Positions 1 through 10,070 of a stretch of 64,000 nt of DNA are shown here, piece after piece (position 1 is the stretch's first letter; each line of letters opens with the position of its first letter). The stretch is from a virus. A program made the position numbers and the translations under genes. Below the pieces are notes generated by a model. The model made no database searches. It had not been told where the DNA came from and saw only the letters and a program-made list of their open reading frames with translations. The stretch is taken from the IMG/VR virus record IMGVR_UViG_3300035436_000036; one strand, given 5' to 3'.

Positions 1-1
1 T

Positions 2-97
2 TTCGGGTTTCTCAGCGAAGGCCATGATGATGATTTTACAGAGGTGTTAGAAGTATCACCGGAGACAGCATCGTTTGAGCGGCTGATGACACTGTAG
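2..97 (+). CDS. 3' end of an upstream gene (partial, C-terminus only)
   Basis: Open frame from window edge to TAG at 95-97; followed by late promoter TATAAATA at 108-115. Confidence 0.25.
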   Translation, partial: FGFLSEGHDDDFTEVLEVSPETASFERLMTL

Positions 98-107
98 TCT
101 ATTAATT

Positions 108-115
108 TATAAATA
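108..115 (+). promoter_or_regulatory. T4-type late promoter TATAAATA upstream of tail sheath gene
   Basis: Exact TATAAATA ~44 nt upstream of ATG at 159. Confidence 0.55.
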
Positions 116-158
116 TGATACGCAACTAAACTATAAGAACCTCTCAGGGGAGACTAAC

Positions 159-2708
159 ATGGCGGTACAAAATTTTGGTTCAGGCGGTGGCGGATACCAA
201 GTAAGCCCAGGCATTAATATTTCAGAAATCGATCTTACAACGGTTGTTCCACCAACATCCACAACTGTAGGCGCTATTGCTGGTGTATTTCGCTGGGGTC
301 CAATTGGCGTTCGTTCGCTTGTAACTTCAGAAAACGATCTGGTAAGAAAGTTTGGCAAGCCAAGCTCGATTAACCCAGAAACATTCTTCACAGCGGCTAG
401 CTTCCTTGGCTATTCGAATGCACTTTATGTTTCACGTGCAGCTAACACAGCTACTGTGTTCTCGGCCATTGCTAACGTATCAGCTTTCTCGGCAGCTGCT
501 TCTCACTCGGTCATGAACGCTGACGACTACGACACAAAGGTCGGTGCGTTCGATCCAGCTGTCGACTTCATTGCAAAGTATCCAGGAGCTCTTGGTAACT
601 CGCTTAAGGTTTCTGTTTGCGACTCCGTAAACGCATATTCTTCTGCAGTAGACTTTGCTGGCAACGCTACTTTCCGCAATACAGCTTTAACGCTTGCGGT
701 AGGTTCGAACACAGCTTCAGTTCTTGTATCGAACACCACTGGTGTAGGTGCTACTTCGCTTCAAGCTAATACAGAAGCAACTCGCCTTGCAGCTCTTCTG
801 ACAGCTGGGGACATTGTCGAGGTAGGTAACTCTTCGATTGGTAAACAGTCGCTCAAGATTACATCTGTTGGTTCTGTTACAGGTCAGGTTGACTTCACAG
901 CAAACACAACAACTGCATCATCTAACGCAACAGCTTTCACCTATCTTCTAGATAACTCAGGTGGTAGTGTTGTTGCTGGTGCTGACGTAACGATCACTGG
1001 CTACAGTGCAACTGGTTATAACGTATCTGCGGCCACCGTAGCTACTGCAAACGCAACGGCTTTCACTGTTGCTAACACAACAGCTACGTCAAACCTCGCT
1101 ACAACTGCTGCAGCGGCTAACACAACAGCTCTGATCTACTCTGTAACAAACACATCTAACACAGTTGTTGCTGGTGACACCATCACTGTTACAGGCTATG
1201 CGAACGCCAACTTCAACGTCACAAGTGCGACTGTAGTAACAGCTAACACCACTGCAATTTCAGTTGCGAGTGTTGCCGATCCAGACGACGAAGCGACAGC
1301 GGGTGTATTGACGTACAGAGGTCTAGTTACCGAAGTGGGCACTACTGGAACCGCTGCATTCAGCGATTCGCAAGTATCGTTCAATATTTCGTTCGATCAG
1401 CCACTTAAGATTGCATCGGCTGTCTCAGCCAATGCTGTTACACGCTACTGGGAATACTACAACCAAGTAGACTCAGCTCCTGGTACATCTTTATTCCAGT
1501 CGCAAACTACAACTGGTAATACTTCAGCAGTAGACGAAGTTCATGTTGTTGTTGTAGATGAAGACGGTGGATTCACTGGTTCGCCAGGTTCGGTTCTTGA
1601 AGTCTACAAGGGCCTATCACGTGCAGAAGATGCTAAGAGCTCAGATGGTTCAACTAACTACTACAAGAATGTTCTAAACGAACAGTCACAGTATATTTGG
1701 TGGGCTTCTCAGAACGCAAATGCTCCTGTAGCTCTTGCTTCTGCTCTAGTATCGTCAACGAACAGCAAGCCAACAACACTCTCCTTCCAGGGCGGTGTTG
1801 ATAACGATGAATCAACTATTCCTTTCGCAGACACAGCTCGTGCATATGACCTATTTGCTTCGGCAGAAGAAGTAGACATCTCTCTACTACTGACAGGTTC
1901 TACACAGGGTGGAACGAATGGTTCGCAGCAAGCTAACTATCTGATCGACAATATTGCAGAAGTTCGTAAGGACTGCGTAGTGTTCGTTTCGCCTCAGAAG
2001 GCAGATGTTGTTAATCAGACAACTGCTGCGGCTCAGAACATTGTCGACTTCCGTAACTCAGTTCGCTCTTCATCGTTTGCGGTGATGGATTCAGGTTATA
2101 AATACATGTACGATAAGTACAACGACATCAATCGTTGGGTTCCACTGAACGGTGATATCGCTGGTCTCTGTGTTGTTACAGACAACTCACGTGATCCATG
2201 GTATTCGCCAGCTGGTACGAACCGCGGTCAGATCCGTAACTCGATCAAGCTAGCTTTCAATCCTGCAAAGGCTGAAAGAGATCTTCTTTACAAGAACGGT
2301 ATCAACCCAGTAATCTCTTCACCAGGTGAAGGTACGATTCTGTTTGGTGATAAGACGCTACTTGCAAAGCCATCTGCATTCGACCGCATCAACGTTCGTC
2401 GCCTCTTCATTGTTCTTGAAAAGTCGATTGCCCGTGCTGCTAAGTCGCTGATGTTCGAATTCAACGACGAATTCACACGTACACAATTCCGTAACCTCGT
2501 TGAGCCATTCCTAAGGGATGTTCAAGGTCGCCGCGGTATTACAGACTTCAAGGTAGTTTGTGACGGTACAAACAATACAGCAGAAGTTATTGACTCGAAT
2601 CGCTTTGTTGGAGACATCTATGTCAAGCCAGCTCGTTCGATCAACTTCATCCAGCTGAACTTTGTTGCTGTGAGAAGCGGTATTGAGTTCTCCGAGATCG
2701 TTGGCTAA
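159..2708 (+). CDS. gp18: Tail sheath protein gp18 with internal Thr/Ala/Asn-rich repeat insertion
   Basis: N-terminus GVFRWGPIGVRSLVTSENDLVRKFGKP aligns with T4 gp18 GKFQWGPAFQIKQVTNEVDLVNTFGQP; conserved sheath C-terminal domain; followed by gp19 and gp20 as in T4. Confidence 0.85.
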   Translation: MAVQNFGSGGGGYQVSPGINISEIDLTTVVPPTSTTVGAIAGVFRWGPIGVRSLVTSENDLVRKFGKPSSINPETFFTAASFLGYSNALYVSRAANTATVFSAIANVSAFSAAASHSVMNADDYDTKVGAFDPAVDFIAKYPGALGNSLKVSVCDSVNAYSSAVDFAGNATFRNTALTLAVGSNTASVLVSNTTGVGATSLQANTEATRLAALLTAGDIVEVGNSSIGKQSLKITSVGSVTGQVDFTANTTTASSNATAFTYLLDNSGGSVVAGADVTITGYSATGYNVSAATVATANATAFTVANTTATSNLATTAAAANTTALIYSVTNTSNTVVAGDTITVTGYANANFNVTSATVVTANTTAISVASVADPDDEATAGVLTYRGLVTEVGTTGTAAFSDSQVSFNISFDQPLKIASAVSANAVTRYWEYYNQVDSAPGTSLFQSQTTTGNTSAVDEVHVVVVDEDGGFTGSPGSVLEVYKGLSRAEDAKSSDGSTNYYKNVLNEQSQYIWWASQNANAPVALASALVSSTNSKPTTLSFQGGVDNDESTIPFADTARAYDLFASAEEVDISLLLTGSTQGGTNGSQQANYLIDNIAEVRKDCVVFVSPQKADVVNQTTAAAQNIVDFRNSVRSSSFAVMDSGYKYMYDKYNDINRWVPLNGDIAGLCVVTDNSRDPWYSPAGTNRGQIRNSIKLAFNPAKAERDLLYKNGINPVISSPGEGTILFGDKTLLAKPSAFDRINVRRLFIVLEKSIARAAKSLMFEFNDEFTRTQFRNLVEPFLRDVQGRRGITDFKVVCDGTNNTAEVIDSNRFVGDIYVKPARSINFIQLNFVAVRSGIEFSEIVG

Positions 2709-2740
2709 GAGATAAATAAAAGATACAAGGAGATCAATAA

Positions 2741-3286
2741 ATGGCTTTTAATATCAACGAGATGAGAGCAGGTCTGGCGCTGGGTGGGGCTCGTCCCACC
2801 CTGTTCCGAGTTGAACTGACAAATCCTGTCAACAACGTATCAGACGCAATTGCCCCGTTCTTGATTCGTGCCACATCCCTTCCGGCTTCGACAATCAACG
2901 CAATCGAAATTCCTTATTTCGGTCGTAAGATTAAGATCGCTGGGGATCGTACGTTCGACACATGGGCTGTTACGGTTATGAACGACGAAGACTTCCGTAT
3001 TCGTCATACGATGGAACAGTGGCACAATCAAATCAACTCACTGCAAACCAACCTCAACCAGAACGCAGATTCTTCACCATCTAACTACAAGTCGACAGCT
3101 CTTGTCACTCAGTACGGTAAGTCGGGCGAAGAGCTACGTAGATACAAGTTCAATGGTATCTTCCCAACGGAAATCTCGACCATTGATCTCGATTGGGATT
3201 CAACCGACCAGGTTGAGACATTCTCGGTCACATTTGCATACGATTGGTACGAAGTAGATGGTGGTAATACCGGTCTAATCGGCTAA
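2741..3286 (+). CDS. gp19: Tail tube protein gp19
   Basis: Direct similarity to T4 gp19 (IAGDRTFDTWAVTVMNDEDF vs VAGDRTFDDWTVTVMNDEAHD; C-terminal LDWDSTDQVETFSVTFAYDWYE vs LDWDSNNEIQTFEVTLALDYWE). Confidence 0.9.
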   Translation: MAFNINEMRAGLALGGARPTLFRVELTNPVNNVSDAIAPFLIRATSLPASTINAIEIPYFGRKIKIAGDRTFDTWAVTVMNDEDFRIRHTMEQWHNQINSLQTNLNQNADSSPSNYKSTALVTQYGKSGEELRRYKFNGIFPTEISTIDLDWDSTDQVETFSVTFAYDWYEVDGGNTGLIG

Positions 3287-3316
3287 GCGATATATAATAT
3301 TATAAGAAAGTGAAAC

Positions 3317-4840
3317 ATGCAGTTATTTGGCTTTGAAATTAAAAAGAAGATAGAAGACCAGGCACCCGTCTCGTTTGCTCCCAAGCAATCTGATGACGGG
3401 GCCATGGTCGTCCAGAGCGGCGGAGTCTATGGGACTTACGTCGATCTCGACGGTTCCATCAGAACAGAGACAGAGCTCGTTACTAGGTATCGAGAAATGG
3501 CTATGCATCCTGAGATCGAAACCGCTATCGACGATGTGGTGAACGAGGCTATTGTTGGCAACCCTGACAAGGAGCCTGTTGAGATCAACCTTGACGATCT
3601 TCAACAGCCAGATAAGATCAAAGCTCTAATCACCGAGGAATTCAAAAACATCCTCGGCCTGCTGCATTTCAATGAATACAGCTATGAGACATTCAGAAAG
3701 TGGTATGTTGACGGTAGACTATACTATCATGTGATCATCGACAACGCTAATCCGAGAGACGGGATCCAAGAGCTTCGCTACATCGATCCTAAGCACATCC
3801 GCAAGATTCGTGAGCAGAAGAAAAAGAAGACTGAGAACGGTGTTCCTGTAATCCAAGATGGTGCAGAGTATTACATCTATAGCGATAAGGGCTTCGTAAA
3901 GGCTCCTGGAGCTACTACTTCGAATGCTCAGGGCATCAAGATTGCTAAGGATTCAATCGTCAATGTGATGAGTGGAATGACCAATCCTAACGGAGACCTC
4001 GTTCTTTCTTATCTGCATAAAGCAATTAAGCCTCTAAACCAGCTTCGTTCGCTTGAAGATTCATTGGTCATCTATCGTATATCTCGTGCCCCTGAGCGTA
4101 GAATCTTCTACATCGACGTGGGCAACCTTCCTAAGATGAAGGCAGAGCAGTACGTTCGTGACATGATGACTCGCTTCAAGAACAAAGTTGTCTACAACTC
4201 TGACACTGGTGAGATCAGAGACGATCGTAAGTTTATGACGATGCTCGAAGACTTCTGGCTTCCACGTCGTGAAGGTGGTAAAGGAACGGAAATTACTACC
4301 CTGCCAGGTGGTCAGAACCTTAGCCAGATTGATGATATTGTGTACTTCCAGAAGAAGCTATACAAGTCACTGAATGTTCCGATCGGCAGACTGGAATCAG
4401 AGGCTGTATACAGCCTTGGTCGTTCGACAGAAATCTCCAGAGACGAAATCAAGTTTTCTAAGTTCGTAGAGCGTTTGAGAATGAGGTTCTCACAGATCTT
4501 CACAAAGATCCTAGAGCGTCAACTTGTCCTTAAGGGCATCGTTACGCTAGAAGAGTGGCCTGAGTTCGAGCGCGCAATTAGATACGACTACACTGTTGAT
4601 AACTACTTTGCAGAGCTGAAAGAAACCGAGATCCTACGTGACCGCGTTTCGATGCTCAGAGACATTGATGACTATGTTGGCAAGTATTATTCGAATGAGT
4701 GGGTTCGTAAGAACGTCCTTCATCAGACAGATGAAGAGATGAAAGAAATTAACAGTCAGGTTGACGCAGAGAAGGCCGTTGGAATCATCGAACCAGATGA
4801 TGAAGAGCAGGCCGCACAGACGCAACCTAGAGGAACATAA
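3317..4840 (+). CDS. gp20: Portal vertex protein gp20
   Basis: 507 aa ORF in the gp20 position of the T4 order 18-19-20-67-68-21-22-23; size close to T4 gp20 (524 aa). Confidence 0.75.
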   Translation: MQLFGFEIKKKIEDQAPVSFAPKQSDDGAMVVQSGGVYGTYVDLDGSIRTETELVTRYREMAMHPEIETAIDDVVNEAIVGNPDKEPVEINLDDLQQPDKIKALITEEFKNILGLLHFNEYSYETFRKWYVDGRLYYHVIIDNANPRDGIQELRYIDPKHIRKIREQKKKKTENGVPVIQDGAEYYIYSDKGFVKAPGATTSNAQGIKIAKDSIVNVMSGMTNPNGDLVLSYLHKAIKPLNQLRSLEDSLVIYRISRAPERRIFYIDVGNLPKMKAEQYVRDMMTRFKNKVVYNSDTGEIRDDRKFMTMLEDFWLPRREGGKGTEITTLPGGQNLSQIDDIVYFQKKLYKSLNVPIGRLESEAVYSLGRSTEISRDEIKFSKFVERLRMRFSQIFTKILERQLVLKGIVTLEEWPEFERAIRYDYTVDNYFAELKETEILRDRVSMLRDIDDYVGKYYSNEWVRKNVLHQTDEEMKEINSQVDAEKAVGIIEPDDEEQAAQTQPRGT

Positions 4841-4860
4841 ATAGTTAGAATGGAGTTTTT

Positions 4861-5157
4861 ATGACAGACTATACAACGGCAGACATTCTTAATTTTAGCG
4901 CGGCCTCGCAACCTTTGCGAGTTGCAGACGCTTTTGATTCTGTTCTACGTGCAAAGATCGAAGCTCAGATGGACGGTGTTCGTGCCAACTTCGAGCAAAG
5001 CGTCTTTGCGAGCGCTGACGAAGAAGAATTTGATCCACAGGAAGATGATTTAGACCTGGACGATGTTGATCTCGATGATGATCTTGACTTAGACGATGAC
5101 CTAGAAGATCTCGACGACTTAGACTTAGACGGGGACGACACCGATGAAGACGCTTAA
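4861..5157 (+). CDS. Small acidic prohead core protein (gp67-like); C-terminal DLDxDD low-complexity repeats
   Basis: Position after portal; extremely acidic C-terminus DDLDLDDVDLDDDLDLDDDLEDLDDLDLDGDDTDEDA. Confidence 0.4.
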   Translation: MTDYTTADILNFSAASQPLRVADAFDSVLRAKIEAQMDGVRANFEQSVFASADEEEFDPQEDDLDLDDVDLDDDLDLDDDLEDLDDLDLDGDDTDEDA

Positions 5158-5902
5158 ACAATTTGCTGAACAGACTGGCTATCGTAAGGTGAAATCGCCT
5201 GACGAGCAGCGTTTCGTTGACAAGCACGAAGTTGAAGTTAAGCAGGACCGTGCTGGCAACAAGGACGATGTGTTCAAGGCTACCAACATCAAGACCATCG
5301 AGCGCAAGAAAGAGCGCAAGGGCTACGATGCAGGAACCGACGAAGCTGTGTATGAAGCAATGGATGCTGCTGCTCGCTTCGATCACCATCACCAGCATGC
5401 CAAGGCTCTTCTCAAGTCGATCTCTCAGCATCTAAAGACTCATGCTACAGAAGCTGCTGCTTATAAAGATCACAAGGGTCGTAAAGGTCCGAATTGGGGT
5501 CACACTGGATCCATGGAGCATGTTGCAAGCCAGCTTAGCAACCTTCACGACCAGCTTGCTCGCACTGGTGAGTATTCGATGCACGAAGAAGTAGAGCTCG
5601 ACGAAAAGACTCTAACTCCTGCAGAGATGAAGAAGCGCGAAGAAGTAGCCAAGGCTATCAAGCGCGACAATCCAAAGATGCCAATGGGTAAGAAGATGGC
5701 CATTGCAACTGCGACAGCTAAGAAGGTTGCAGAAGATCTCGAAGCCGCTATCAGCGGCCTTTCACCTCGTCTTCAAGAAACAATGAAGACAGCATTCGAT
5801 AAGTTGCATGAAGACAACCAAGTCAAGTTTGCTGCTGCATGTGCCACAGAAGAAGGCCTCGAAAAGATGGTTGCCTTCGCTATCGAAAATAGAGGTGAAT
5901 AA
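5144..5902 (+). CDS. Head-module protein (gp68-like prohead core/scaffold?), His/Lys/Glu rich
   Basis: Position between gp67-like and gp21-like genes; no recognisable motif. Confidence 0.3.
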   Translation: MKTLKQFAEQTGYRKVKSPDEQRFVDKHEVEVKQDRAGNKDDVFKATNIKTIERKKERKGYDAGTDEAVYEAMDAAARFDHHHQHAKALLKSISQHLKTHATEAAAYKDHKGRKGPNWGHTGSMEHVASQLSNLHDQLARTGEYSMHEEVELDEKTLTPAEMKKREEVAKAIKRDNPKMPMGKKMAIATATAKKVAEDLEAAISGLSPRLQETMKTAFDKLHEDNQVKFAAACATEEGLEKMVAFAIENRGE

Positions 5903-6303
5903 TGGCTGCTGTAATCACATCAAACAAAAAGAACACCTCTCTAGTTGTACACGTTGCTTCTTCTAACAGTGGCAACATTATCGTTGCTGGCAACTCTTCG
6001 ACTACAAATGTCAACGCCACTAGCGTATGCGTAGCGGTTGGCGACGAAGTATTAACAGGCGCTTACATCACCCAAGCTGTTTGGGGCTGTGATGGTAATG
6101 GGCATATTCAGATCCTTCGTGGCGCAAACGTGGTAGCGGTATACGACTCAACAGGCCAACATGAATATGCTGGCTGTGGAATGCCTATCAACTTGTATCC
6201 AGCTGCTAACGTAGTTGTGAACCTAATTGGCTCAGCAAACAGCTTTATTACATTTGAGCTGCAAAAGACTGGCAATTTCGTATCTGAATACCAGCAGAAC
6301 TAA
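5902..6303 (+). CDS. Hypothetical head-module protein (Ser/Asn/Val-rich, 133 aa)
   Basis: ORF in late head operon; start overlaps previous stop (ATGG). Confidence 0.4.
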   Translation: MAAVITSNKKNTSLVVHVASSNSGNIIVAGNSSTTNVNATSVCVAVGDEVLTGAYITQAVWGCDGNGHIQILRGANVVAVYDSTGQHEYAGCGMPINLYPAANVVVNLIGSANSFITFELQKTGNFVSEYQQN

Positions 6304-6313
6304 GGATTAACCG

Positions 6314-6967
6314 ATGAAACTGATCACTGAGCTGAACGAGTCCATCAAGTACGTTACCGAAAAGACGGAAAGCGGCAAGAAGACTATGTACATTGAAGGT
6401 GTATTCCTTCAGTCGGAAATCAAGAACCGCAACGGCCGTGTATATCCTAAGGCAGTTCTCGAAAGAGAAGTGAATAGATACAACGAGCAGTTCGTTCAGA
6501 AAGGCCGCGCGTTCGGCGAGCTAGGACATCCAGATGGTCCTCAGATCAACCTCGATCGTATCTCTCACATTATCGAATCTCTAAAGCAAGACGGATCCAA
6601 CTTTATCGGCCGCGCTAAGATTACAGACACTCCTATGGGTAACATTGCCCGTGGTATTATTGAGTCGGGTGGCCAGCTAGGCGTATCGACTCGTGGTATG
6701 GGTTCTATCAAGTTAAATAAAGAAGGTGTGAATGAAGTTCAAGACGACTTCCACCTTGCGACAGCCGCAGACATTGTTGCCGATCCTTCGGCTCCGGATG
6801 CATTTGTAAACGGTATCATGGAAGGCGTAGAGTGGATCTGGGAAAACAATATGCTCATCGCTCACCATGCTAAACTACAGGTCGAGCAGGCAGTTCGCTC
6901 ACGCGATCTGGAGACCCAAAAGTTGAAAGTCTTCGAGAATTTCATTAACTCAATATCAAAAATCTAA
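6314..6967 (+). CDS. gp21: Prohead core protease gp21-like
   Basis: 217 aa (T4 gp21 212 aa) immediately upstream of scaffold and MCP genes; GELGHPDG and STRGMGS regions resemble the prohead protease family. Confidence 0.55.
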   Translation: MKLITELNESIKYVTEKTESGKKTMYIEGVFLQSEIKNRNGRVYPKAVLEREVNRYNEQFVQKGRAFGELGHPDGPQINLDRISHIIESLKQDGSNFIGRAKITDTPMGNIARGIIESGGQLGVSTRGMGSIKLNKEGVNEVQDDFHLATAADIVADPSAPDAFVNGIMEGVEWIWENNMLIAHHAKLQVEQAVRSRDLETQKLKVFENFINSISKI

Positions 6968-7016
6968 GTACAATAAATATACAACTAGATTAAATGTATC
7001 TAAAAGGAGTCAGAGA

Positions 7017-8024
7017 ATGGCAATTAAAGAATCATCTGAAATCGAAGAGAACGTAGTTCTCGACGAAACAGCTGCAGCCGACACACTGAAGCCAGGCGCT
7101 GGCTCAGTTGCTGGTGACGTTGGCAAGACAGAGCTTATGGCATCTGTCGTTGCTGCAATGGGCGGTATGTCGAAAGAAGAAATCAATAAGTTCCAGGCTG
7201 TGCTTGCTCAATATGGCAAGAACAAAACACCTGGTGCCGAAGACAAGTCAGCTGCTAACAAGGCATCAGTTGCTGCTAAGGGTGCAATGAAGGAAGACGT
7301 TGAAGAGCTTTTTGCCAACGACGATCTTTCCGAAGAGTTCCGCGAAAAGGCATCAACGCTTTTCGAAGCTGCTGTCAATGCACGCGTAGGCCTAGAAGCT
7401 GCTCGTCTTGAAGAAGAATTCGGAGCTAAGCTGGAAGAAACAGCTGCAGCAATCGAAGAAGAGCTTTCGTCAAAGGTCGACACATATCTCGATTACGTTG
7501 CTGAGCAATGGTTTGAAGATAACCAGATCGCTATCGAATCTTCATTGAAGGTTGAAGCCGCTGATAAGTTCATCGACGGTGTAAAAGCTCTCTTTGCAGA
7601 GCACATGGTAGAAGTTCCAGAAGAAACAGTAGACATGGTCGAGTCTCTCGAAGCACGTGTAGCTGAACTCGAAGGACAGCTGAATGAGGAAATCAACGAA
7701 AAGATTGAACTCACTAAGCTAGTTGAAGAAGCAGAAAAAGAAGCTATCTTTGACGAAGTTGCAGAAGGCCTAGCCGCTACTCAGGTAGAAAAGCTTCGCA
7801 CTCTTGCAGAAGGCCTAGAATACTCTGACGCAGACGCCTACCGCAGGAAGGTCGAACTGGTCAAGGAAAACTACTTCACAGAGAAGAAAGCAACTGCTTC
7901 TTCGCTAGTAGTTGAAGAAACGGCTGTTGGTTCGCTCGAAGAGCTAACTGAACAAACAAACGTAGTTATTGAAGCTGGCATGCAACAGTATGTTTCGGCA
8001 ATCGCAAAAACTACGAAGAAATAA
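7017..8024 (+). CDS. gp22: Prohead scaffolding protein gp22 (acidic, Ala/Glu-rich coiled coil)
   Basis: Composition and position directly upstream of major capsid gene. Confidence 0.7.
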   Translation: MAIKESSEIEENVVLDETAAADTLKPGAGSVAGDVGKTELMASVVAAMGGMSKEEINKFQAVLAQYGKNKTPGAEDKSAANKASVAAKGAMKEDVEELFANDDLSEEFREKASTLFEAAVNARVGLEAARLEEEFGAKLEETAAAIEEELSSKVDTYLDYVAEQWFEDNQIAIESSLKVEAADKFIDGVKALFAEHMVEVPEETVDMVESLEARVAELEGQLNEEINEKIELTKLVEEAEKEAIFDEVAEGLAATQVEKLRTLAEGLEYSDADAYRRKVELVKENYFTEKKATASSLVVEETAVGSLEELTEQTNVVIEAGMQQYVSAIAKTTKK

Positions 8025-8029
8025 GTTTT

Positions 8030-8037
8030 TATAAATA
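8030..8037 (+). promoter_or_regulatory. T4-type late promoter TATAAATA upstream of major capsid gene
   Basis: TATAAATA ~35 nt upstream of ATG 8072; RBS GGAGGG. Confidence 0.55.
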
Positions 8038-8071
8038 ATATACTAGAATAATCCATTTAGGAGGGATAAAA

Positions 8072-9391
8072 ATGCTAGCTGAGGAAGTACAAAACAAGTG
8101 GAAGCCTGTTCTAGAACACGCTGACCTTGATCCAATTAAAGACTCACATCGCCGTGCAGTGACAGCTCAGATTCTTGAGAACACAGAAGCTGCTCTTCGC
8201 GAATCAACTCAAACGTTTGGTGCTCAGAATCTTCTTGCTGAAGCCACACCAGTTAACGCAACTGGTTCAGCAGTTGACAACTTCGATCCAGTGCTTATCT
8301 CACTTGTTCGTCGTTCGATGCCAAACCTCGTAGCTTACGACATCTGCGGCGTTCAGCCAATGACAGGTCCAACTGGTCTTATCTTCGCAATGCGTGCTCG
8401 TTACGCAACGCAGGGTGGAACAGAAGCATTCTACGGCGAAGCCAACACAGGCTTCTCGGCAAACCCAGAAGGCAACACAACTGTCAACCTTCCTGGTTAC
8501 CGTAACGTTGGTACTGTTCCTGGTACTGCAAACAACGCTGAATCAAACACATACAACTATGTTCGTGGTGTTAACACAGCATTCGCAGAAGGTTGGGGCA
8601 ACTCATCCGTATCGATCCCAGAAATGGCATTCTCAATCGAGAAGGTTACTGTTACAGCTCGCTCACGCGCTCTGAAAGCAGAATACTCACTTGAGCTTGC
8701 ACAGGATCTGAAAGCAATTCACGGTCTTGACGCTGAGACAGAACTTGCAAACATTCTTTCGGCTGAAATCCTTTCGGAAATCAACCGTGAAGTTGTTCGC
8801 ACGATCAACGTCACAGCTGAGCGTGGTGCTTCGGAAGGCACAACTACAGCAGGTATCTTCGATCTTGACACCGATTCAAACGGCCGTTGGTCAGTTGAAA
8901 AGTTCAAGGGTCTTATGTTCCAGCTCGAGCGTGAAGCTAACCAGATCGCCAAGGGCACAAGACGTGGTAAGGGTAACATCCTTATCTGTTCGTCAGACGT
9001 TGCATCTGCACTTCAGATGGCTGGCGTTCTCGATTATGCGCCTGCGCTTAACTCGAACAACCTGAACGTAGACGACACAGGCAATACTTTTGCTGGTGTT
9101 CTCAACGGTCGTATGCGCGTTTACATCGATCCATATACCACAGGTAACTACCTGACAGTTGGTTATAAGGGTTCGTCAGCGTTCGACGCCGGTCTGTTCT
9201 ACTGCCCATACGTTCCACTACAAATGGTTCGTGCAGTCGATCAAGACAACTTCCAGCCAAAGATTGGCTTCAAGACCCGCTACGGCATGGTCGCGAATCC
9301 ATTCGCAGACGGTACTTCAGAAGGTCTTGGTGCTCTTACCAAGGATTCGAACAAGTACTATCGTCGTGTGCTTGTTAACAACCTTATGTAA
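8072..9391 (+). CDS. gp23: Major capsid protein gp23
   Basis: 439 aa ORF in gp23 position after gp21/gp22; followed by strong rho-independent terminator; typical highly expressed codon/RBS context. Confidence 0.8.
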   Translation: MLAEEVQNKWKPVLEHADLDPIKDSHRRAVTAQILENTEAALRESTQTFGAQNLLAEATPVNATGSAVDNFDPVLISLVRRSMPNLVAYDICGVQPMTGPTGLIFAMRARYATQGGTEAFYGEANTGFSANPEGNTTVNLPGYRNVGTVPGTANNAESNTYNYVRGVNTAFAEGWGNSSVSIPEMAFSIEKVTVTARSRALKAEYSLELAQDLKAIHGLDAETELANILSAEILSEINREVVRTINVTAERGASEGTTTAGIFDLDTDSNGRWSVEKFKGLMFQLEREANQIAKGTRRGKGNILICSSDVASALQMAGVLDYAPALNSNNLNVDDTGNTFAGVLNGRMRVYIDPYTTGNYLTVGYKGSSAFDAGLFYCPYVPLQMVRAVDQDNFQPKIGFKTRYGMVANPFADGTSEGLGALTKDSNKYYRRVLVNNLM

Positions 9392-9421
9392 TCATAAGAG
9401 TTGGGTAACCAACCAAACTAA

Positions 9422-9455
9422 GGGAGGGGGATCGAAAGGTCCCCCTCTTTTTTTG
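9422..9455 (+). terminator. Rho-independent terminator after major capsid gene
   Basis: GAGGGGGATCGAAAGGTCCCCCTC stem-loop followed by TTTTTTT. Confidence 0.8.
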
Positions 9456-9483
9456 TTGATAAATATAGAGTAAGGAGTACAAT

Positions 9484-10011
9484 ATGTCAGTAAACAATCA
9501 ACCATCCAACCTCAACTTCTTGTCGCCAACTGGCTACAAGCTATTGCTGTCCCGTGCTCCTACTGTTGAATTCATGGTTCAGAGAGTGTCGCTTCCCACT
9601 CTTACGTTGCCTGTGACGTATCAGCCTAACCCCTTTGTAGCTATCCCAAGACCAGGTGATCACCTAGAGTTCGGACAACTAAGTGTTACGTTCAAGGTAA
9701 ACGAGAACCTCGACAACTATCTTGAGATCTATAACTGGATGATAGCTCTTGGTAAGCCAGAGAGCTACAGTCAGTACACTCTCAAAGATAGACCATACGA
9801 GGATGCTAACGAGCAAAAGCAGACTGTGGCTTCTGACATCACCCTGACCTTCCTTACAAGCGCAATGAACGGTAACATCGAGTTCACGATGCGTGATTGC
9901 TTCCCTATCTCGCTTACGGATCTTGAAGTAGATTCGACCGTATCAGATGTCGAGTACATCACAGCCTCTGCTACATTTGCTCTGAGAGACTATACAATCA
10001 ATAAAATCTAG
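9484..10011 (+). CDS. Virion structural protein (tail-tube-family / gp3-like tail completion protein?)
   Basis: 175 aa (T4 gp3 176 aa) downstream of late-type sequence GATAAATATA; no firm motif. Confidence 0.35.
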   Translation: MSVNNQPSNLNFLSPTGYKLLLSRAPTVEFMVQRVSLPTLTLPVTYQPNPFVAIPRPGDHLEFGQLSVTFKVNENLDNYLEIYNWMIALGKPESYSQYTLKDRPYEDANEQKQTVASDITLTFLTSAMNGNIEFTMRDCFPISLTDLEVDSTVSDVEYITASATFALRDYTINKI

Positions 10012-10040
10012 TTGACCTTTGTTCCAAAATCTAGTATACT
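10011..10040 (+). promoter_or_regulatory. Sigma70-like early promoter (GTTGACC -35, TATACT -10)
   Basis: TTGACC N17 TATACT 30 nt upstream of uvsY ATG. Confidence 0.6.
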
Positions 10041-10070
10041 GACTTGTAGTTTTAGGAAGATAAGGTTGTT

